A stretch of DNA of 32,000 nt from Geotalea uraniireducens Rf4 (GTDB taxonomy: Bacteria > Desulfobacterota > Desulfuromonadia > Geobacterales > Geobacteraceae): positions 4,290,001-4,322,000 of the forward strand of contig NC_009483.1 in NCBI RefSeq assembly GCF_000016745.1, written 5' to 3'. The notes below the pieces were generated by a model. It made no database searches. It saw only the letters and a program-made list of their open reading frames with translations, and had not been told where the DNA came from. The position numbers were made by a program, and so were the translations under genes. This document shows, in pieces, positions 1 to 6,744 of the stretch; within the stretch, counting starts at the first letter, position 1; every line of letters starts with the position of its first letter.

Positions 1-1
1 G

Positions 2-1519
2 CGGGATGTTGAAAAGGCTTGGCTGGTTTTTGGTGTGAATAATAAAAGCAGATCCATCGTCGGCAGCGATTACCGGCAGGACAATGAGCGCCTACAAAGC
101 CTGAAAATGCAGATTTCAGCGGAGACTGAGCCCAGCATTACGTTCCGTGAAATTCATGAGTTGCAAAGTGATAAGGGACGCGTAATCCTGTTTGAAATAC
201 CTGCTGCCCCTTTGGGGATGCCGATTGCCTGGAAAGGGCATTATTACGCCCGCGCAGGCGAAAGTCTGACTCATCTTGGCCTGGATAAGCTGGATGAAAT
301 TCGTAAACAGGTAGGGGCAACTGACTGGTCTGGTCAGGTGGCTAACGCAGCTACACTGGATCATCTGGACACACACGCACTGACTAAGGCTCGTGAATCT
401 TTCGCCAAAAAGTACGCTAATCGTTTTGCCCTGGAAGAGGTTATGACATGGCCTGAAAGTACATTTTTGGACCGTGCAAAACTAACAAAAGATGGCCAAA
501 TTACCCGCGCTACCATTTTATTACTGGGAAAAGCTGAAGCAGCCCATTTGCTCTCACCGCAACCAGCACAAATGACCTGGAAACTGGAGGGGGTTGAGCG
601 TGCTTACCAACACTTTGGCCCCCCATTTCTGCTGAATACCAGCATTCTGTATCAGAAAATCCGCAATATTCAGTTGCGTATCCTGCCGGAAGATCAATTG
701 CTCCCCATTGAAGTGGCCAAATATGACCAGAAGATTGTGCTTGAGGCATTGCACAACTGCATTGCTCATCAGGACTACGGCCGCAATGGGCGCATCATTG
801 TCACAGAACTACCTGACAGGCTGATTTTTGAAAACGAGGGCTCGTTTTATGAAGGGCAACCAGTTGATTATATTTCTGGGCACAAAACCCCCAGACGCTA
901 CCGTAACCCTTTTCTGGCCCAGGCGATGGCTGAGCTTAATATGATCGACACCATGGGGTATGGCATTTATGAAATGCACATTGGACAGGCACGGCGCTAT
1001 TTCCCCCTGCCTGATTATGATTTGAGCGAGCCCTACGCGGTCAAGATGACAATCCATGGCAAGATTGTTGATCCTGCCTACAGTCGTATGCTTATCCAGA
1101 AAACTGATTTGTCATTACAAGACATATTTGCCCTTGATCGTGTCCAGAAAAAACTCCCACTTGATGACGTAATGGTGAAACATTTGCGCCGAGCAAATCT
1201 TATTGAAGGCAGAAAACCCAACCTCCACGTCTCCGCTACCGTTGCCGCTGCGACAGCGAGCAAGGCGGACTATATTCGTACCCGTGCCCAGGATGACGAT
1301 TATTACACCAAGCTGATACGTGATTATCTGGTTAAGTTTGGTTCTGCAACCCGCAAGGAGATTGATACTCTGTTGTGGGGCAAATTGAGTGATGCTTTGG
1401 ATGTCGAACAAAAACAGAACAAAATCGGCAACTTGATTACCAGTATGCGAACTACAGAAACAATAGTGAATACGGGATCTCGTAAATTACCCAAATGGAC
1501 TCTCAAAGAAAAAAAATAA
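2..1519 (+). CDS. COG2865-type ATP-binding / putative DNA-binding regulator-like protein (AlbA_2/Schlafen-like N-terminus, HATPase_c_4-like core); 5' end runs off the window
   Basis: Listed ORF is 35..1519, but the frame stays open back to base 2 (RDVEKAWLVFGV-NNKSRSIVG), so the GTG at 35 is probably internal. Motifs EALHNCIAHQDYGRNGRIIV..FENEG, RYRNPFLAQAM and MGYGI match my memory of the 'RecG-like putative transcriptional regulator' family. Confidence 0.7.
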   Translation, partial: RDVEKAWLVFGVNNKSRSIVGSDYRQDNERLQSLKMQISAETEPSITFREIHELQSDKGRVILFEIPAAPLGMPIAWKGHYYARAGESLTHLGLDKLDEIRKQVGATDWSGQVANAATLDHLDTHALTKARESFAKKYANRFALEEVMTWPESTFLDRAKLTKDGQITRATILLLGKAEAAHLLSPQPAQMTWKLEGVERAYQHFGPPFLLNTSILYQKIRNIQLRILPEDQLLPIEVAKYDQKIVLEALHNCIAHQDYGRNGRIIVTELPDRLIFENEGSFYEGQPVDYISGHKTPRRYRNPFLAQAMAELNMIDTMGYGIYEMHIGQARRYFPLPDYDLSEPYAVKMTIHGKIVDPAYSRMLIQKTDLSLQDIFALDRVQKKLPLDDVMVKHLRRANLIEGRKPNLHVSATVAAATASKADYIRTRAQDDDYYTKLIRDYLVKFGSATRKEIDTLLWGKLSDALDVEQKQNKIGNLITSMRTTETIVNTGSRKLPKWTLKEKK

Positions 1520-1570
1520 GAATAAAAAAAGAATAAAAAAAGAATAAAAAAAGAATAAAAGCAGAATAGA
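1509..1570. repeat. Tandem 11-bp A-tract repeat (GAATAAAAAAA: 3 perfect copies at 1520-1552 plus partial copies on both sides)
   Basis: Read directly: gaataaaaaaa at 1520-1530, 1531-1541 and 1542-1552, then gaataaaa and gcagaataga. It starts at the stop codon (1517-1519) of the upstream CDS. Confidence 0.95.
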
Positions 1571-1739
1571 ACCCTATTAAATAGCCATGAAATAAGGAAT
1601 TTGGCAGCGATAGCATAAAGATAAATATGGCGTATATTTCCAAATTATTATCGTCAGGGACAGATGTAAAGACAATACAATCGCCGTTGTTATTGTTTTG
1701 CCCGACACACCACCAAAGACCGAACAAGTAACCGTACAA

Positions 1740-1794
1740 GTAGGGGCGTTGCCGACAAGGGCGAAGCACGATGAAGCTGTGCTGTCGCCCCTAC
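1740..1794. repeat. GC-rich hairpin closed by the 9-bp arms GTAGGGGCG / CGCCCCTAC (REP-like)
   Basis: GTAGGGGCG at 1740-1748 pairs with CGCCCCTAC at 1786-1794. Inner pairs are GAC/GTC and AGCAC/GTGCT. The same 9-bp arms occur at 23452-23498. Confidence 0.8.
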
Positions 1795-1914
1795 GAAATA
1801 GTTCTTCGCAGGAATAACCACCGACCAAGTCAAATACGACGTTGTCACCGATTATGCAACATTTATGGATATTGTGAAGTGAGGAATGCAGGCAGAAAAG
1901 GATATTCAGGGTAA

Positions 1915-2340
1915 ATCCGATTCATATTGGAATCTTGAGGGTGGGGGAATAAGGCATAGTTTGACTTGGATGAGGATTTGGCGGAGCTGCGAGGGAGAAT
2001 ATACCGAGTCGACAGCTTTAAGGTCACAACTTGTGACCTTAAAGAAAGGGGCTCACACAGGAAGTATCTGCCCTATGCCTTTACCGAGCAAGGAATCGCA
2101 ATGCTCTCAAGCGTTCTCAACAGCGACCGGGCCATCGAAGTGAACATCCTCATCATGCGGGCGTTCGTGAAGCTCCGGGAGATGATCGCGTCCCACAAGG
2201 ATTTAGCGAAAAAACTGGATGAACTGGAAATGAAGTACGACGCTCAATTCGCCATTGTTTTTGATGCCATGCGGCAGATCATGACACCACCGGAATCGAA
2301 GCGGAAGAAGATAGGGTTTGCGAAAGAAGAGAAAAGCTAA
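1915..2340 (+). pseudogene. ORF6N-domain (phage/plasmid DNA-binding) gene remnant, frameshifted and internally deleted
   Basis: The C-terminal part [43 protein letters not shown].. (ORF 1966..2340) is typical of ORF6N. The family-like [13 protein letters not shown] lies in another frame (ORF 1886..2143). LDEDLAEL is preceded by in-frame stops at 1936 and 1957. The central RFP..DFMF block expected from memory is missing. Confidence 0.55.
2018..2042. repeat. Perfect 25-bp palindrome TTAAGGTCACAA-C-TTGTGACCTTAA
   Basis: Read directly: 12-bp arms around a single central base, inside the ORF6N remnant. Confidence 0.95.
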
Positions 2341-2353
2341 ATGACCAGGTCTT

Positions 2354-2362
2354 CATTCTACG
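2354..2362. repeat. Left copy of the target-site duplication CATTCTACG flanking the IS
   Basis: Identical 9-mer at 3687-3695, immediately outside the inverted repeats. The true duplication is 8 or 9 bp. Confidence 0.85.
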
Positions 2363-3686
2363 AGGGTGTAAAAAGGTTTGTGTAAATGGTCATTAGGGGG
2401 TACACCAAGTTACCCTAAGGAGATCACATGACTATTAACACCGACGTAATCGACGATCTACTCAAACATTATAAGACCCCCGAAGAGATTCTAGGGGAAA
2501 ACGGGCTGCTGAAGCAGTTGACCAAGGCTGTTCTTCAGCGGGCGCTCCAGGCTGAAATGACACTGCACCTCGGCCACGAGAAGCATGCTTCCGTTTCCGC
2601 CAAAGGTGGCAATGCACGCAATGGCTCGTCGGCAAAGACCATCAAAGGCGATTTTGGCACCATGCCGATTGAGGTCCCTCGTGACCGGGATAGCAGCTTT
2701 GAACCAGTCATCATTCCCAAAGGCCAAACCCGGTTCGCCGAGTTCGATGATAAGATTATCTCCCTGTACTCCCGCGGGCTTACCACTCGTGAGATCCAGG
2801 GACACTTGGAGGAAATCTACGGTGTTGAAGTATCCCCCGCTCTGATTTCAATAGTGACTGAAGCAGTAGCTGAAGAGGTCAAAGCTTGGCAGAACCGCCC
2901 GTTGGATGCGCTTTATCCCATCGTTTACATGGATGCCATCAGGGTCAAAGCCAGAGGCAATGGCCATGTTGTGAACAAGGCTGTCTATCTGGCCATCGGC
3001 ATCAACATAGACGGTGCCAAGGAAGTTCTGGGAATGTGGGTCTCCGAAAACGAAGGAGCCAAGTTCTGGTTGCAGGTTGTGACCGAACTTAAGAACCGTG
3101 GTGTCCAGGACATCTTCATTGCCTGCGTTGACGGCCTGAAGGGGTTCCCTGAGGCCATAGAAATAGTTTATCCCAACACTCAAGTCCAACTTTGCATCGT
3201 CCATATGGTACGCAATTCCTTGAAGTTCGTTTCGTGGAAACAACGCAAAGAAGTTGCGACAGATTTGAAGGTTATCTACCAGTCAGCGACCGCTGAGCAG
3301 GCCGAAATGGAACTGACAGCATTTGAGGCAAAATGGGACAAAACACACCCGACGATCAGCCAGTCCTGGCGCCGGAACTGGGCGCAAGTTATACCATTTT
3401 TTGCCTATCCAGCTGATATACGAAAGGTTATTTACACAACCAATGCCATTGAATCACTGAATATGTCACTCAGAAAGGTGACCAAAAACCGGGGCTCGTT
3501 TCCCAATGATGAGGCAATGTTCAAGTTACTATACCTGGCGCTGAGAAACATCGCGAAGAAATGGACCCTGCCGATCAGAGACTGGAAAGCTGCCATGAAC
3601 CGCTTTTCCATTCTTTTTGAAGACAGAATGCCAAGCTATTAAAAACAGGGAACCAAAACCATTTACACAAAACTATTGACAGGCCC
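2363..3686 (+). mobile_element. IS256-family insertion sequence (~1.32 kb), apparently intact
   Basis: Single transposase ORF. Imperfect terminal inverted repeats: left AGGGTGTAAAAAGGTTTGTGTAAATGGT; reverse complement of the right end GGGCCTGTCAATAGTTTTGTGTAAATGGT, sharing the core TTTGTGTAAATGGT. Flanked by the direct repeat CATTCTACG. Confidence 0.9.
2428..3642 (+). CDS. IS256-family (Transposase_mut) transposase, 404 aa
   Basis: N-terminus ..LLKQLTKAVLQRALQAEMTLHLGHEKH.., then ..SLYSRGLTTREIQGHLEEIYGVEVSPALIS.., ..YPIVYMDAIRVK.., ..TTNAIESLN.. are characteristic IS256-family motifs. RBS AAGGAG lies upstream. Confidence 0.95.
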   Translation: MTINTDVIDDLLKHYKTPEEILGENGLLKQLTKAVLQRALQAEMTLHLGHEKHASVSAKGGNARNGSSAKTIKGDFGTMPIEVPRDRDSSFEPVIIPKGQTRFAEFDDKIISLYSRGLTTREIQGHLEEIYGVEVSPALISIVTEAVAEEVKAWQNRPLDALYPIVYMDAIRVKARGNGHVVNKAVYLAIGINIDGAKEVLGMWVSENEGAKFWLQVVTELKNRGVQDIFIACVDGLKGFPEAIEIVYPNTQVQLCIVHMVRNSLKFVSWKQRKEVATDLKVIYQSATAEQAEMELTAFEAKWDKTHPTISQSWRRNWAQVIPFFAYPADIRKVIYTTNAIESLNMSLRKVTKNRGSFPNDEAMFKLLYLALRNIAKKWTLPIRDWKAAMNRFSILFEDRMPSY

Positions 3687-3695
3687 CATTCTACG
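3687..3695. repeat. Right copy of the target-site duplication CATTCTACG
   Basis: Identical to 2354-2362. Confidence 0.85.
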
Positions 3696-3760
3696 GAAAA
3701 AGAGCAAAACTGAAGTCACCTATTTTGTAAATTTACCCTATCGGATTTTCGGAGAGACCC

Positions 3761-4417
3761 GTGAAAACAGCCAGAATACTCGGTACAAACGAAGCATACC
3801 CCATCGGCAAGATTCTCTGCATCGGCCGCAACTATGTTGACCACATCAAGGAACTGGGTAACGAGACCCCGGAAGCGCCGGTGATTTTCATGAAACCGGC
3901 ATCATCCGTCATTTCTGAGGGGGAAAACATCGTCATCCCCTCCTATTCCAACGATTGCCACCACGAAGCGGAATTGGCGGTGCTGATCGGCAAGCAGGGG
4001 AAGAATATCCCGGAAATGCAGGCACTGGAGCACATCGCCGGTTACGGCGTAGCCATTGACCTGACCTTGAGGGACGTACAGGCCGAGCTGAAGAAGAAAG
4101 GGCTCCCCTGGGACATCGCGAAGGGATTCGACACGGCCTGTCCCCTTTCCGATTTCGTTGATGCCCGAACTGTAGCCGAGCCCCAGAATCTGCAAATCAG
4201 GCTCTCGGTAAACGATCAACCTCGTCAGGACGGCAATACCGCGATGATGATCCACACCATCCCTGCCATCATCAGCCACATGTCAGGCATCTTTACCTTG
4301 GAGCCGGGCGACATTATCCTCACCGGCACCCCGGCCGGAGTCGGTCCCGTCAGATCCGGAGATCGAATCGTCGCAGAAATTCCCGGGATTGGAAGCCTGC
4401 GGGTGACAGTGGCGTAA
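3761..4417 (+). CDS. Fumarylacetoacetate hydrolase (FAH) family protein (YcgM-like)
   Basis: GKILCIGRNYVDHIKELG..PVIFMKP.., HHEAELAVLIG, GDIILTGTPAGVGPV are typical FAH-family motifs. GTG start with GGAGAG upstream. Confidence 0.85.
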   Translation: MKTARILGTNEAYPIGKILCIGRNYVDHIKELGNETPEAPVIFMKPASSVISEGENIVIPSYSNDCHHEAELAVLIGKQGKNIPEMQALEHIAGYGVAIDLTLRDVQAELKKKGLPWDIAKGFDTACPLSDFVDARTVAEPQNLQIRLSVNDQPRQDGNTAMMIHTIPAIISHMSGIFTLEPGDIILTGTPAGVGPVRSGDRIVAEIPGIGSLRVTVA

Positions 4418-4504
4418 CAATATCGTTATTTTAATATTTGCATACTTGACTTTTCACCCGCAGAATAGTTACCCTTGAGCGAGTAAATTATTACGGAGGT
4501 GAAC

Positions 4505-4654
4505 ATGGAGCCAAAGAAACTTTGTCCCGAATGTCAAGGGGATATGATCCTTCTACCCGGCTGAGGCGGCCTCTTCTGGCGGTGCCAGAAGTGCGGAAAG
4601 AAATTGTCATTTGCTGGCGGGGATTTGAAAAACTGCGGCAGCGATTGTAAGTAA
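4505..4654 (+). CDS. Mini zinc-ribbon ORF: 19 codons to TGA (4562-4564), or 49 codons to TAA (4652-4654) if the TGA is decoded
   Basis: GGAGG at 4495-4499 lies 5 nt before ATG 4505. Translation is MEPKKLCPECQGDMILLPG-TGA-GGLFWRCQKCGKKLSFAGGDLKNCGSDCK-TAA. The second CxxC is in frame downstream of the TGA. Confidence 0.4.
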
Positions 4655-4696
4655 AGGAGAGGGGGCATCGAAATATCGATGCCCCCTCTCCTTTTT
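4653..4696. terminator. Rho-independent terminator between convergent genes (19-bp perfect stem)
   Basis: AAAGGAGAGGGGGCATCGA (4653-4671), loop AATA, TCGATGCCCCCTCTCCTTT (4676-4694), then TT. The U-tract is better on the + strand. Confidence 0.8.
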
Positions 4697-4735
4697 GAAT
4701 GCGTTTTTAACCCACGTCAGGCTAACCGGTTTCGA

Positions 4736-5185
4736 TTACAGCATGAAATCCACAACCATCCCCTTGATCTTCATGATCTGCGCCGTGATCTTGATATGGT
4801 TCTTCTGTTCTTTCATGATCAGGTGGTACAACTCATCGGCTTCCTTGTCGATGACGGTGATGATTTCATGGCAGCGTTGGCTGTTCGGCCCGCCGACCAG
4901 CTCCAGACGATACGCATCGGATGTTACCTTATTGGCAAATGCGGAGATCAAATCACGGTAGATTTTGAAATTGACGATGGTCGGCTCTTTCTCCAGACTA
5001 TCCCCCGCCCGGTCGATCTCCTCCTTCAATGCCTGCAATTGACCGGCATAATCGGCGGAATCCTTCGACATCTGGCCCAGTTTTTTTGCAAAAAGCGAAC
5101 TGCCGGAGTCAGCTGCCTTGCGCAAAGCAGCACCTTTTGTTCTTTTGTCCACCTGTCGTGAACCGGTTTTGTCATTGATACGCAT
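4736..5185 (-). CDS. DUF327 (YaaR-like) family protein
   Basis: Size (149 aa) and layout (K/R-rich N-terminus, ..FKIYRDLISAF.., ..VIDKEADELYHLIMKEQ.., C-terminal ..IMKIKGMVVDF) resemble B. subtilis YaaR as I remember it. Confidence 0.6.
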   Translation of the reverse strand: MRINDKTGSRQVDKRTKGAALRKAADSGSSLFAKKLGQMSKDSADYAGQLQALKEEIDRAGDSLEKEPTIVNFKIYRDLISAFANKVTSDAYRLELVGGPNSQRCHEIITVIDKEADELYHLIMKEQKNHIKITAQIMKIKGMVVDFML

Positions 5186-5218
5186 TTACTTCTCCCTGCA
5201 CACTTCAAATATGGTGCA

Positions 5219-6100
5219 TTAATAATACTCTTCACTATACTCCGGCGTACTATCCTTATACCCCGGCATTCGCCCGGCAGAAGCTATCGCTGCGTCCACC
5301 TCCCGGATGAGCCGTTCCCGGTCTTTTGGGTAGCTCCCGGCAAGATTGAGAAAGTTGGAAACATGGTTGGAGCGAAGGATGGTCTTTTCAGGATGGAGGC
5401 CGGCAACAATCTCCCGTGCTTCCAGAAGCAGCTCGCCCCGTGTGCACTGGTGAATGGTCCTGATGAAGGCATCGTTGTGACGGTGAAACAGGGTCAGAAG
5501 TGAAAAATATTCCGGGTTGACCCGGTTCACCCAGGCGGCTGTACCCCCGGCATGCTCAAGGCTCCGCTCCCGTCCGGCCAGACCGAGAATGGCCGTAACC
5601 GAAAGCTTCATTCCTGCTCCGCGCGCTTTCAACACCTGTACCGCCATTTCGTCGGCATTGAACCCCTTGTTTATTGCGGCGAGTGTTACAGTATCGCCCG
5701 ACTCCAGGCCGAAATAGAGGATACGCAGCTTCTTCTGCCGCAGTACGGACAGCTCTTCGGGGCTTTTGCCGGCAAGACTTGCCGGCGAGGCATAGGAGCC
5801 AATGCGGGTCAGGGTGGGAAAGGTCGCGGCAAGGTGGTCGAGTATCCGCGTAAGCCCGTCAAAGGGGTACACCAGCGCATCGCCGTCCGCCAGGAACACC
5901 CGATCCACATGGGGGCGGAAGCGCAAAGGAATCGAATCGATCTCGCCAAGCACCTCCTCAAGCGGCTTGACACAGAAGCGCTTTCCCTTGTACATGCCGC
6001 AGAAAGTGCAGTGATTCTGCGAGCAGCCGATGGTGATCTGAAAGATAAGACTCCGCGCCTCGCTCGGCGGCCGGAACAGCGGCTCAACATAATCAAGCAT
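5219..6100 (-). CDS. Radical SAM protein of unknown substrate (cluster motif CX4CX2C)
   Basis: N-terminal ..RPPSEARSLIFQITIGCSQNHCTFCGMYKGK.. followed by a TIM-barrel-like pattern (VFLADGDAL, YFGLESGD). Confidence 0.8.
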   Translation of the reverse strand: MLDYVEPLFRPPSEARSLIFQITIGCSQNHCTFCGMYKGKRFCVKPLEEVLGEIDSIPLRFRPHVDRVFLADGDALVYPFDGLTRILDHLAATFPTLTRIGSYASPASLAGKSPEELSVLRQKKLRILYFGLESGDTVTLAAINKGFNADEMAVQVLKARGAGMKLSVTAILGLAGRERSLEHAGGTAAWVNRVNPEYFSLLTLFHRHNDAFIRTIHQCTRGELLLEAREIVAGLHPEKTILRSNHVSNFLNLAGSYPKDRERLIREVDAAIASAGRMPGYKDSTPEYSEEYY

Positions 6101-6112
6101 GGGGCATCCTCA

Positions 6113-6343
6113 CTACTTACCGTTACCCCCCTTAAGGGTCGCAAGCCGCTCCTCGGCCTTCTTGCCGTAATCACCGCCGGGATACTTCTTTGCTATTTCC
6201 TCGTAGAGTTGTTTCGCATGCTCCAGGTTATGCTGCTTTTCCTCGAACTGCGCGGTTTCAAAGAGCTGCTTTCCATTGTCGCCGGAGCATCCGGCAAAGC
6301 CGAGCGCCCACAGCATCAGCACCAGCAGAATAACGCGCCGCAT
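6113..6343 (-). CDS. Small lipoprotein (76 aa) with one TPR-like helix pair
   Basis: Internal start MRRVILLVLMLWALGFAGC gives a signal peptide plus lipobox LGFAG|C. GGAGGT lies 5 nt upstream of ATG 6343. The longer listed ORF (to 6418) would overlap csp and its terminator. Confidence 0.7.
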   Translation of the reverse strand: MRRVILLVLMLWALGFAGCSGDNGKQLFETAQFEEKQHNLEHAKQLYEEIAKKYPGGDYGKKAEERLATLKGGNGK

Positions 6344-6352
6344 AGATACCTC

Positions 6353-6382
6353 CAAAAAAAAAGCCCCGAATCGCTTCGGGGC
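6353..6382 (-). terminator. Rho-independent terminator of csp
   Basis: Minus strand reads GCCCCGAA-GCGA-TTCGGGGC followed by T9, which runs directly into the RBS of the lipoprotein gene. Confidence 0.85.
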
Positions 6383-6401
6383 CTTACGGTTTTCAACAAG
6401 A

Positions 6402-6602
6402 CTAAGCTTTGTACACATTGGCTGCCTGCGGCCCCTTCGCCCCCTGGACGATGTCGAACGTTACCGCTTGCCCTTCGGCGAGTGATTTGAAACCATCACC
6501 CTGGATGGAAGAAAAATGAACGAAAACATCTTCGCCGTTTTCCTGCTCGATAAAGCCGAATCCCTTTGAATCATTAAACCATTTCACCACACCATTGGCC
6601 AT
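6402..6602 (-). CDS. Cold-shock protein, CspA family (66 aa)
   Basis: [15 protein letters not shown] (RNP1) and VFVHFS (RNP2) motifs. Confidence 0.95.
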   Translation of the reverse strand: MANGVVKWFNDSKGFGFIEQENGEDVFVHFSSIQGDGFKSLAEGQAVTFDIVQGAKGPQAANVYKA

Positions 6603-6677
6603 TCTTCTTTCTCCTGTAACGACTAGCTCGCTCTAGAAATAAGGGCTTACTCCGGGGCCCACAGAAAATCTTCTGCG

Positions 6678-6706
6678 TATTTACACTTTTAGCCGAACGG
6701 TGTCAA
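6678..6706 (-). promoter_or_regulatory. Sigma70-type promoter for csp (TTGACA-N17-TAAATA)
   Basis: Minus strand reads TTGACA ccgttcggctaaaagtg TAAATA. It leaves a ~70-nt 5' UTR. Confidence 0.55.
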
Positions 6707-6744
6707 GATGATTTATTTCCCCGGTGAATAAATGTCTAAAGGTA

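Noticed and set aside
311-319. A GTAGGGGCA 9-mer inside the first CDS, resembling the REP-like arm.
   Set aside because: There is no complementary TGCCCCTAC partner nearby. It simply encodes V-G-A in frame, so it is most likely coincidence.
1520-1560. The tandem repeat considered as a CRISPR array or a ToxI-like antitoxin RNA array.
   Set aside because: The unit is only 11 bp, has no spacers and is pure A-tract. No cas gene or toxN-like gene is adjacent.
1627-1731. A 34-codon ORF (MAYISKLLSSGTDVKTIQSP...) reminiscent of the C-terminal box of tyrosine recombinases.
   Set aside because: The similarity is a single ~8-residue stretch recalled from memory. There is no catalytic Tyr/His context, so it cannot be supported without a search. 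It is mentioned only as possible gene debris.
1503-1828. Minus-strand ORFs 1503..1769 and 1577..1828 in the AT-rich spacer.
   Set aside because: The Phe/Leu/Ile-rich translation is driven by the A-tract repeat. There is no RBS and no recognisable family, and the ORFs overlap one another.
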